A DNA stretch of 64,000 nucleotides, from the IMG/VR virus record IMGVR_UViG_3300033150_001293, one strand, 5' to 3'. The notes under the pieces are model-generated. The model was not told where the DNA came from, ran no database searches, and was given only the letters and a program-made list of their open reading frames with translations. How positions within the stretch are numbered: position 1 is the first letter of the stretch; every line of letters begins with the position of its first letter. Below, piece by piece: positions 56,684-64,000 of this stretch. This DNA is from an uncultured virus (IMG/VR IMGVR_UViG_3300033150_001293). Its lineage: Duplodnaviria > Heunggongvirae > Uroviricota > Caudoviricetes. Both the position numbers and the translations under genes were made by a program.

Positions 56684-57495
56684 TCACTCCTCGTTGCGTG
56701 GGCGCAGCAGGCCGCGCTGGCGCATCAGGTCCTTGATGGACGCAGCCCGCTTGTCCGCCGCCTCGGTCTCCCGGCGCATCTTCTGATCGGCCGGCCGCAT
56801 CCAGCAGTCCAACTGGTAGTCGGTCATCTTGCGAACCTCGTCCGGCGTGATGCCGTGCTCCATCTTCATGTAGCGAAACACCCGGGGCCAGGGGATTTCC
56901 CACGGCGTCAGCCCGCCGCCTTCCCCGTCTCCGTCGACGGCGGGCCAGTCCCTTTTCCCAGCAGGTCCGTTCCGCTCGCCGCGTTGACCGCCTGGTGGAA
57001 CGCCATGATTGCCGCGTTTTCCGCCTCGGCCGACAGTTGCTCCATGCTCTCGGCCTTCTCGATGTTGCGGCGGATCATGTCGGCGATGTGCTCGGCGAAC
57101 AAATCCGAGACTTCGCTCTCCGTCAAGAACGGCAGGTCCTCCGCCTTCTCGCCGTCCTTGGGAGGCCACTTCAGCGTGCGGGTGCCATACCAGATCGTCC
57201 CGGCCCGCGTGCCGATCCAGTCCAGCACCTCCGACGGCAGCTTGTCCTGGTTCTCGGTGTCCTTGTCAACGCAAAACTTGAGAAAATCCTTCCGCTCCTC
57301 GGGGCGTTCCGCGAAGTAGGCGGACCCCGCCTTCGACTCGTACAGGTCCATGGCCTTCGGATGGCGGCGGATGTACTCCGTCTCCGCCTCGGGGTAGAAC
57401 TCCTGTATTCGCCCGTAGACGATCACTTCCTTGCCGCCGTAGGTGAACGGCATGGGCGTGCCGAACGCCCTCGCTGTCGGTCCGAGCATCGTCAT
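56684..57495 (-). CDS. tail assembly chaperone G (56908-57495) and -1 frameshift product GT (to 56684)
   Basis: G GGA AAA slippery heptamer at 56953-56959; open -1 frame GKRDWP...PDEVRKMTDYQL; directly upstream of the tape measure gene. Confidence 0.8.
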
Positions 57496-57522
57496 TCCCT
57501 CCTCAACCGACGGGAAATCCGG

Positions 57523-57573
57523 TTGTATAAGGGCGTTTCATGTGGTATATAGTACCGAGAAGTGTGTTGCGAG
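57523..57573 (+). ncRNA. promoter plus half-repeat unit abutting the tail tube stop codon (antisense)
   Basis: TTGTAT-17 bp-TATATA; GAAGTGTGTTGCGAG at 57559-57573. Confidence 0.7.
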
Positions 57574-57978
57574 CTACGCCCGCGTCGGCAAGGTCCACTC
57601 GCCGTCGCTCTGCCAGTTGACCGTCACCTCCGTCGGTGGCCCGCTCCGGGCGCTCGGGTTCTCCGCGAGGCTGACGATCTTCGCCGGCACCTCGTAGTAG
57701 GCGCCCGGGTCGAGCGTGTAGTCGTCGTACAGCTTCAGCGTCACTTGCGTGTTACTCACCGGGGCCCTCGCCTCAGGCGGGCTGTCCCGGTCTAGCTTGA
57801 GCGTGACCGAGCCGTTGAGCTGCTGCTGCCCGACCCACGTGTTTTTCGCGCCGCCCCCGCCAAACACGCCCTCCTGGTGGGCGTCGCCCTCCCAGGTGAA
57901 ACTCCACTCGCAGCCGTAGGCTTCAAGCCCACTGCCAAGGTCGATGTGGGCGTCTTTACCCATTACTATCCGAGCCAT
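57574..57978 (-). CDS. major tail (tube) protein
   Basis: size, beta-rich sequence, position before the chaperone. Confidence 0.7.
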   Translation of the reverse strand: MARIVMGKDAHIDLGSGLEAYGCEWSFTWEGDAHQEGVFGGGGAKNTWVGQQQLNGSVTLKLDRDSPPEARAPVSNTQVTLKLYDDYTLDPGAYYEVPAKIVSLAENPSARSGPPTEVTVNWQSDGEWTLPTRA

Positions 57979-58035
57979 CGCGTATTCCTCCACTTGCGGA
58001 AAGGTAGTCAGAACCGTTCCGCCTTTCCCTCTCGC

Positions 58036-58611
58036 TTACTGGACGCCGGCAATGCCGATGTCGTAGCTGATGTCGCCGCCGCTCGCCTCCGAGCCGCCGT
58101 GCTCAATCTGGAGAATGTCCTCCGTGCCCGGCGACACGCTGTAGCCGTCCCGCGGAGCGCACACGCCGAATATCCCGTCCGTCCGCAGCGTGATCTGGGC
58201 GTCCTGGTCCCCGTTAAACAGGGCCGCCCAGGCGTTGCCGCCCGCCCCGCCGATCAGCAGGTCCTCGCCGGCCGTCGGGGTCGCCGTCTCGTCGTCCGCG
58301 TCGCCCGCCACCACGCCGCGGTTGTGGACCGTGAGGATCTTCAGCTCCTTCAGCGTGATCGTGTTGCCGTACTGGTCCGTTAACCCCGCCGCCAAGTCGA
58401 GCGAGTCGATCGGCGACGCCAGCGACAGCGTTCGCCTCGCAACCCACATGCAGTTGCACTGGTTGTCGCCGGTTCCGCTCGTGAACGTCGCCAGGAACCG
58501 CTGGTACGAGTTCCACTTTTGACCCTCGGTCGCGCCCTCTACGCTGTTTGGGTAGCTCCAGTCGAACTTCGTCAGGAACGTACCCGTGAATGTAACGGCC
58601 ATATCACACAC
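58036..58611 (-). CDS. structural protein
   Basis: acidic, Gly/Thr-rich; within the neck/tail operon. Confidence 0.5.
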   Translation of the reverse strand: MCDMAVTFTGTFLTKFDWSYPNSVEGATEGQKWNSYQRFLATFTSGTGDNQCNCMWVARRTLSLASPIDSLDLAAGLTDQYGNTITLKELKILTVHNRGVVAGDADDETATPTAGEDLLIGGAGGNAWAALFNGDQDAQITLRTDGIFGVCAPRDGYSVSPGTEDILQIEHGGSEASGGDISYDIGIAGVQ

Positions 58612-58648
58612 CTCCTCGAATAGGGTTGTTTAACCAGTCCGGCCCCTG

Positions 58649-59071
58649 TCACGACGGCCGTTGTCTCCAGTACGTGGCCTGATAGTCGATCGAGCACAGC
58701 CAGCAGTCCTCGTCGGCCTGCTCCTCGGTTTGGCCCGTCTTCTTCATCGTGATGGCGTCAATCCCGTCGGCCGACAGCGACAGGCTGCGGCTGTTGAATA
58801 CCGCGTTTACCAGTTTCGCGTGGGCCCGGCACAGCTCCCGCGTCTTGTCCACAACGTGGAACGCGAACGTCTCCTCGACGAAATCCCTCCCGCCGAAACA
58901 CTCGTCCAGGATGTTTTCCTGCGGCACGGTCATCGAGCAGTACGGCATCGCCACGTCCGTCGGGGAGCCCACCTCGCCGGCGTGCAGCTTGTCGAACGGG
59001 CTGCTCACCAGCGTGTCCTCCGCATCGAACGCTGCCTTGATCGCGTCGTACAAATCAGCCAAAGCGAACAC
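58649..59071 (-). CDS. tail terminator-like protein
   Basis: AIKAAF..PY..; size and synteny. Confidence 0.6.
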   Translation of the reverse strand: MFALADLYDAIKAAFDAEDTLVSSPFDKLHAGEVGSPTDVAMPYCSMTVPQENILDECFGGRDFVEETFAFHVVDKTRELCRAHAKLVNAVFNSRSLSLSADGIDAITMKKTGQTEEQADEDCWLCSIDYQATYWRQRPS

Positions 59072-59654
59072 CTCCCCTGGCAGAAAACGCCCTCGCTTCG
59101 CTAAACACCAGTATCTCGATCCGCCGCTTTTTGCTCACGAGCGTGCTCTCGATATACGGCCGGGGCGCCAGGTGGAAGCCCTTGGCTTCCTTGGCAAACA
59201 CCCACCAGCCCTTGCCGGCTTTGAATCGTCCTCTGATATCACGGCCTACGCCCCCGCCCTCCTTGGCGCCCCACACCATGTACTTCTTCCGCTTCGGCGA
59301 CCGGCTCGGGATCACGGCCCCCTTCTCCAGGTACACGCCGTACTTCAGTTTTGTCCCCACCGTCGCCGCCAGCATCTGCCGGTCCGCCGACCAGAAGATC
59401 GACTGTGCCAGCTTCCCCGTGTCCCTCCGCGGCGGCTGCCCCGGCCTGGACCGCTTGAACTGCATCGGACGGCCCTTGCGTTTCCCCTTCCCCGGCCTTC
59501 GCCTCCCGCCGCCTCCCGCCCTGGCCGACTTGCTGATCGCCCGCACGATCGACGTCCGGCCGTAGGCCGCAGCTTTCTTCAGTCCGCGGAACAGCGACGC
59601 CTCAAGCCCCCTGGCTTGCTGGTCGCCGTACCATTTGGCCCTACCCCCCGCCAT
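59055..59654 (-). CDS. HK97 gp10-like neck protein
   Basis: PPRRDTGKLAQSI, YGVYLEKG, PRPYI. Confidence 0.75.
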   Translation of the reverse strand: MAGGRAKWYGDQQARGLEASLFRGLKKAAAYGRTSIVRAISKSARAGGGGRRRPGKGKRKGRPMQFKRSRPGQPPRRDTGKLAQSIFWSADRQMLAATVGTKLKYGVYLEKGAVIPSRSPKRKKYMVWGAKEGGGVGRDIRGRFKAGKGWWVFAKEAKGFHLAPRPYIESTLVSKKRRIEILVFSEARAFSARGGVRFG

Positions 59655-59907
59655 CGGACTCCTCCGTCAGCGGGTACTCGACGTCCGGCCACTCGCGGGC
59701 GTCGTCGGGCAGCGCCTCCCCGAGCGTCGCCGGCACCACGAAGTACACGGGGCCTCGGCACGCCGCCACCGCCGAGTCCCTGTCGGGGAACACGCCCCGG
59801 AAATCCCAGATAGCGCCCGCCGGCGTCTGCTCGCGGAACTGGCCGACGATCCACAGCGTCGTGTCGCTCACTGATTTCTCTCTCTCTCTTCGCAGTCCAC
59901 CCGCCAT
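59641..59907 (-). CDS. hypothetical protein
   Basis: WDFRGVF..AVAAC; inserted in the neck operon. Confidence 0.5.
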   Translation of the reverse strand: MAGGLRREREKSVSDTTLWIVGQFREQTPAGAIWDFRGVFPDRDSAVAACRGPVYFVVPATLGEALPDDAREWPDVEYPLTEESDGGG

Positions 59908-60221
59908 AGCCTTCCAACCCCGGCCTGGTCCACCGGCTTTCCGATCTGCTCAAGCACCCTGCCGGCCCACTCGGTCGGGACCACGACCACCAAGTGGTCG
60001 CCGTGCGAACTCCCTGGGTCGTCCGCGAAATACACTACGTGCGTGATCACGTACTCCCGCTGGTCCAGCACGAGCGAGTCGTAGCTGGTCCGCGGCTGGA
60101 TAAAGCACCGCTTCTGCGTTGTCCCCGAATATGTGAACGCCTGGCTGCCCGCCGAGCCGACCGACGCCGAGCGCGGCTGGTGCGTCACAAGATGCCGGCT
60201 GCATTGCGATCGGATACTCAT
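59868..60221 (-). CDS. head-closure protein
   Basis: RCFIQP, ITHVVYF; synteny. Confidence 0.6.
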   Translation of the reverse strand: MSIRSQCSRHLVTHQPRSASVGSAGSQAFTYSGTTQKRCFIQPRTSYDSLVLDQREYVITHVVYFADDPGSSHGDHLVVVVPTEWAGRVLEQIGKPVDQAGVGRLWRVDCEERERNQ

Positions 60222-60949
60222 AATTTACGACCATAGTGTAGATAAGGGACTAGCAGCTTGCGGCTCTGCTTCGGCAGTCTCGACGCCGCGTCCTCCACGG
60301 CGTAAGTTACCGCGTAGTCCCCGATCTTCTCCGACTTCACGTTGGCCCCTTCGCCCCACGCCGCGAAGGCCCGTTTCACCGCGATCAGCACCGCCAGCTT
60401 GACCGGCGAAGCGACCCCCGTCGCCAACTGGTCCGCCGTCCAGCCCGCCGTGTACTGGACCTTCACGGTCCCTGGCCTGCTGGGCCACGGCCCGCCGCGC
60501 CGCACCACGATCCCGCTCCGGCACATGCCGCTTTCCCACTGCCATAGCCAGTAGTCGTCCCCCGCCGTTAGCTCCGACGACGCAGGGAAGTCCCCGCTCT
60601 GCTGGCCCCCGTAGGCGTCCGAGTCCTCGTACACCGCCGACACGGCCGTCACGGGCACCTCCGGCAGAATCAGCCGGTTGCCGGCCCCGGTCGACGCGGC
60701 CGATATCTCGACCGCCTTGTCGCCGCGCCTCTCCCACCACGTGCCGAACTCCGTGGCGAACATCCCGCCCGTGTCGACCATCGGCAGATAGTGCGTATAC
60801 GTCGCCTGCTCGATCGACGTGCCGGTGAAGTCCTTGACGGCCTGCTCGATGGGCCCGAGGATCGCGTTCAGGAAGCCCAGCTCCTGGTCCGTTGCGGACC
60901 CGCCCTTGCCCAGGAACGGCAGCACGTCGGCAAAGAGGCTAGTTATCAT
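60218..60949 (-). CDS. head-tail connector (gp6-like)
   Basis: VKVQYTAGW, VKLAVL, KSEKIGDYAVTY. Confidence 0.75.
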   Translation of the reverse strand: MITSLFADVLPFLGKGGSATDQELGFLNAILGPIEQAVKDFTGTSIEQATYTHYLPMVDTGGMFATEFGTWWERRGDKAVEISAASTGAGNRLILPEVPVTAVSAVYEDSDAYGGQQSGDFPASSELTAGDDYWLWQWESGMCRSGIVVRRGGPWPSRPGTVKVQYTAGWTADQLATGVASPVKLAVLIAVKRAFAAWGEGANVKSEKIGDYAVTYAVEDAASRLPKQSRKLLVPYLHYGRKL

Positions 60950-61239
60950 CCCCCACCCCCTCTTGGACGCATCAGCAGCAGCTCCCTCTGGCTCTGCCGG
61001 ATCTCGCGCATGTCGTCCTTGATCTGAGACAGCATCTCGTTCAAGTGGCTCTTCTGCGCCTCCAGCTCGATCTGGATGCCGCGGCTCCTTGACGACGCCG
61101 AGTACGACTGCTGCGCCGCCCCGAACATCAACCCGGATAGCAGGACCATCAGCCACGTCAGCATCTTGAGCCAGCGCTTCGTGCTGTCGTGGATCTCGTC
61201 GCAGCGGGCGACGGTCTGGTAGAGCGATTGGTCAGGCAT
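60946..61239 (-). CDS. single-TM coiled-coil protein (holin-like?)
   Basis: TM followed by a heptad C-terminus. Confidence 0.45.
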   Translation of the reverse strand: MPDQSLYQTVARCDEIHDSTKRWLKMLTWLMVLLSGLMFGAAQQSYSASSRSRGIQIELEAQKSHLNEMLSQIKDDMREIRQSQRELLLMRPRGGGG

Positions 61240-61258
61240 CGCGTGTTGTCCTTTCGTG

Positions 61259-61657
61259 TCAAGTCAGTCCGACATCGCCGTTCATCGTTCGCATAAAGTG
61301 AACGCACCCCTGCTCGCACGTCTTGATCGCGTCCGCCGGATCGGTCTCGGAGCTGTCCACCACCGTCACCTCGGCTTCGTACGGCCCGAACAGATCGTCC
61401 GTGTCCCCCTGGGCCAGCCGCACCGTGGCGCTCGCGTGCGTCGCCGATCCGTCGCCCAGCTCCTCGACCGTCACCACCGAGCCGTCGGCCGTCGCCGCCA
61501 CGGAGTCCAGATCCAGGTCCGGCGTGCTGGCGCCCCTGCCGATTTTGCACCGCACCACGTCCGACGCCTGGAGTTGCAGGTAGCCCCCGCTCGCCGTCTT
61601 CAGCGTGACGGTGAAGTCGACCGTTCGCCCCGCCTCTGCGACAATTTCAAACGCCAT
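61259..61657 (-). CDS. putative virion protein (Ig/BppU-like)
   Basis: beta-rich; AAGGAG RBS. Confidence 0.5.
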   Translation of the reverse strand: MAFEIVAEAGRTVDFTVTLKTASGGYLQLQASDVVRCKIGRGASTPDLDLDSVAATADGSVVTVEELGDGSATHASATVRLAQGDTDDLFGPYEAEVTVVDSSETDPADAIKTCEQGCVHFMRTMNGDVGLT

Positions 61658-61658
61658 G

Positions 61659-61856
61659 TCAGGACTCCTTTCGGGTCCAGGTCGTGTCGCCCGGCCCCGC
61701 CCTCGCCACCGTCGTGTCGCCCGGCCCCGCCCGGCTCACGTCCACGCTGCCGGGGAACGACTGGGCCAGCGAACTCACTATATAGGCCGCGACGTGGCCG
61801 TGCGCTAGCACCGTCGGAAGCTGCCCGCCGTATCCACTTGTCTGGTCGATGATCAT
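61659..61856 (-). CDS. small protein with RAGPGDTT repeats
   Basis: MIIDQTSGYGG...SRAGPGDTTVARAGPGDTTWTRKES. Confidence 0.6.
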   Translation of the reverse strand: MIIDQTSGYGGQLPTVLAHGHVAAYIVSSLAQSFPGSVDVSRAGPGDTTVARAGPGDTTWTRKES

Positions 61857-61861
61857 TTCAC

Positions 61862-62740
61862 TTACGTCGGTTGCGTCACTATCACTATGAGCCGGTCGTC
61901 CGCGCCGCTGGCCGTGAACCGCAGCACCACCGTGTCCCCGTTCATGTCCGCCGCCGCCAAATTGATCTTGTAGACGCCGCTGCCTATCTCGACTGCCGAG
62001 TTGGCGCACGACGCGAAGGCCGCCCCGTCCAACGATCTCTGGGCCGTCACCGTGAGCCCGGTCTTCGCGCTGACGTGATCCGTCGCGTCCACCATGATGA
62101 AGGCGAAGTTGTCTAGCGCGACGTTCTTCGCCGGCTTCGCAGGCAGGTCCGCCGCAATGGCGTCCAGGATCTCGTCCAGCCGGCCGCCGTCGATCCAGTC
62201 CGTCAGTGCTCCGGCCCTCGCGGCGGTCCACACGGACGCCAGCGCCGCGTTGTCCGTCCCCCGCATCGCGTCCGACGCAACAAGTAGTGGCGTGGCGACA
62301 TCGAAGAGCTTTATGACCGCCGCCGCCAAGTAGCCGGCGGAAGTTTCGGTCAGCGCCGTGCCAAGTATTGACGCGGCATCGGCACGAATGTCGCCGGTTT
62401 CCTCCGGAAATAACACCACCAAGTAAGTCAGCGCGTTGGTATTCGTGACCGTGACTTTGAGGACCACGGCGTCGTAGTTCATCTCGGCCGCCGTCAAGTC
62501 GATGTACCCAATGCCGCTGCTGCCAATCTCCACTGCCTCATTGTCGGCATCCCCAAACGCCGCGCCATCCTTGGACAGCTTGCTGTCCTGCCCGGCCCAG
62601 CTCGTCACCAACTCCCCCACACTGTCGCGAATAGCGAAGTAATGGCGGTACGCCGTGTTTTTCTTCGGGACAGGTCTTGCGTCCGAACTCGCCATGTCAA
62701 CACTCCTGTACTCCGATTCGGCCGGAACTTGCTTGGACAA
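61862..62740 (-). CDS. putative virion protein with a duplicated domain
   Basis: DGAAF..AVEIGS.G...I.L.AA.MN.D.VVL occurs twice. Confidence 0.65.
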   Translation of the reverse strand: MSKQVPAESEYRSVDMASSDARPVPKKNTAYRHYFAIRDSVGELVTSWAGQDSKLSKDGAAFGDADNEAVEIGSSGIGYIDLTAAEMNYDAVVLKVTVTNTNALTYLVVLFPEETGDIRADAASILGTALTETSAGYLAAAVIKLFDVATPLLVASDAMRGTDNAALASVWTAARAGALTDWIDGGRLDEILDAIAADLPAKPAKNVALDNFAFIMVDATDHVSAKTGLTVTAQRSLDGAAFASCANSAVEIGSGVYKINLAAADMNGDTVVLRFTASGADDRLIVIVTQPT

Positions 62741-64000
62741 ACCCGCCGGGCATTATGTCCGGATCGGCCCACCAATACATCGTCCCCGAGGCGTTCGCAC
62801 CACGCACGCGCAACCAGACCTCCTTGTCGTAGTCGGCCGTGTACGTGACGTTGACCGTCTGCCAATCGGTGGTGTCGGCAATCTGGTCGTCGTCGAGCTT
62901 GGAGGCGGCGGAGTCCCACGGCTCGTTCGGGTCGATGATCTGGACTCGCGGATGCTCGGACATGCCGCTTGGCGTCTGCGAGCATTTGATGTAGACGGGG
63001 ATCATGACGGCCTGGCCGGCCTTGAGGCGGATCGCCATCACGTCGACCCAGACGGGATGATCGGCCGACTCGAACGTGTACTTATGGCACCAGTCGAGCG
63101 CGATGGGGGGATCGGCGGGAACGCTGGCTTCTTCGCTCGTGCAGTAGCCGCCGCTCGTCCAGCCGAGGATGCGTCCTTTCTGGAGCACGTCGCTGCCGTC
63201 AACCGGGTCGTAGATGAATTGCCCTACGTCGTCTTTGTAGTTCAGCAGGTATTCGTAGTTTTGCGTGGCAGAACGGAGGGAGCAGCCGTAGCCGATGAGC
63301 GGACCGACTTGGCGGAGGTCGTACGTGTTTTCGCTGAAAATAGTGGCCTGGAGTCGATGGGAGCCGGAGCGGATGCCGTAGGTGCACCCGGTGATCGTCG
63401 TGACCGTGTGACCCGAGCCGTAGTCGATGCCGTAGCCGCACCCGGCGATTGTCGTGGCCGTGCAGCCCGAGCCGTAGTCGATGCCGTAGCCGCACCCGGC
63501 GATTGTCGTGGCCGTGCAGCCCGAGCCGTAATAGATGCCGTAGGTGCACCCGGTGATCGTCGTGACCGTGTGACCCGAGCCGTAGATGATGCCGTAGCCG
63601 CACCCGGTGATCGTCGTGGCCGTGCAGCCCGAGCCGTAGTCGATGCCGTAGGTGCACCCGGCGATTGTCGTGGCCGTGCAGCCCGAGCCGTGGATGATGC
63701 CGTCGCCGCACCCGGTGATTACGGCTATCTCGACATTGCCGCCATATTGCACCCCGCGCCCATAAAACGTCGTCCCCGATCCGGCCGTGTTGGTGATTTC
63801 CCCAAACGTGCCGCCGTGCGTGTCGCCATTCACAAACAGCACCACTGCCTGACCGCTACTCGTGCCTGCCGACCGAATCGACACGTTGCGGGACGAAAGC
63901 ACCACGAGGGCAAACGGATATTGCGCCGAGTCAACCGCCTCGCCGAGCACCAGCGTCCCTGCGTTGATCGTATCGACCGTCGTCCGCTGCTGATCGTAAT
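62697..64000 (-). CDS. beta-helix repeat protein (tail fibre/spike-like), 5'-truncated by the window edge
   Basis: about six 18-aa repeats GSG[CH]T[AV]TTI[AT]GC[TG]YGI.Y at about 63376-63718. Confidence 0.7.
   Translation of the reverse strand, partial: YDQQRTTVDTINAGTLVLGEAVDSAQYPFALVVLSSRNVSIRSAGTSSGQAVVLFVNGDTHGGTFGEITNTAGSGTTFYGRGVQYGGNVEIAVITGCGDGIIHGSGCTATTIAGCTYGIDYGSGCTATTITGCGYGIIYGSGHTVTTITGCTYGIYYGSGCTATTIAGCGYGIDYGSGCTATTIAGCGYGIDYGSGHTVTTITGCTYGIRSGSHRLQATIFSENTYDLRQVGPLIGYGCSLRSATQNYEYLLNYKDDVGQFIYDPVDGSDVLQKGRILGWTSGGYCTSEEASVPADPPIALDWCHKYTFESADHPVWVDVMAIRLKAGQAVMIPVYIKCSQTPSGMSEHPRVQIIDPNEPWDSAASKLDDDQIADTTDWQTVNVTYTADYDKEVWLRVRGANASGTMYWWADPDIMPGGFVQASSGRIGVQEC

Noticed and set aside
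60277..60290. 14-nt match (GTCTCGACGCCGCG) to spacer 27161-27197
   Set aside because: Short, GC-rich, mid-spacer and without flanking similarity; expected by chance
63376..63718. 54-bp tandem repeats as another CRISPR array
   Set aside because: No unique spacers; they are in-frame 18-aa beta-helix repeats
1..64000. tRNA, rRNA, integrase, terminase, capsid or sigma-factor genes
   Set aside because: None recognisable by eye in this window

Overview
This window is a 64-kb segment of a GC-rich, long-tailed (siphovirus-like) phage or prophage; a Planctomycetota-like host is a weak inference. From left to right it holds small accessory and regulatory genes (ASCH, CsrA, HNH, radical SAM, two trypsin-like proteases, Dam), four tandem LRR-like paralogues, a replication/recombination block (SF2 helicase, RecE-like exonuclease, RecT, frameshifted TOPRIM primase), a CRISPR locus, an 18-kb glycosyl/methyl/sulfotransferase island and a minus-strand tail/neck module. 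The main finding is a phage-borne, apparently nuclease-dead Cas12f-like effector (27901-29184). It comes with a predicted ~225-nt tracrRNA (about 25983-26208), four arrays of a 36-bp repeat (GTGACRAYGGCTGAAA-N4-AGAAGTGTGTTGCGAG) and no cas1/cas2 in the window. About 25 further repeat copies are scattered from 0.87 to 57.6 kb. Most keep only the 3' 15-mer GAAGTGTGTTGCGAG, which is exactly the part complementary to the tracrRNA. Many sit directly behind their own sigma70-type promoter and point antisense into the 3' ends of phage genes; others lie in 5' UTRs or inside CDSs. This looks like a genome-wide, RNA-guided regulatory or decoy network built on a dead Cas12f. All protein assignments come from motif recognition by eye, not database searches.
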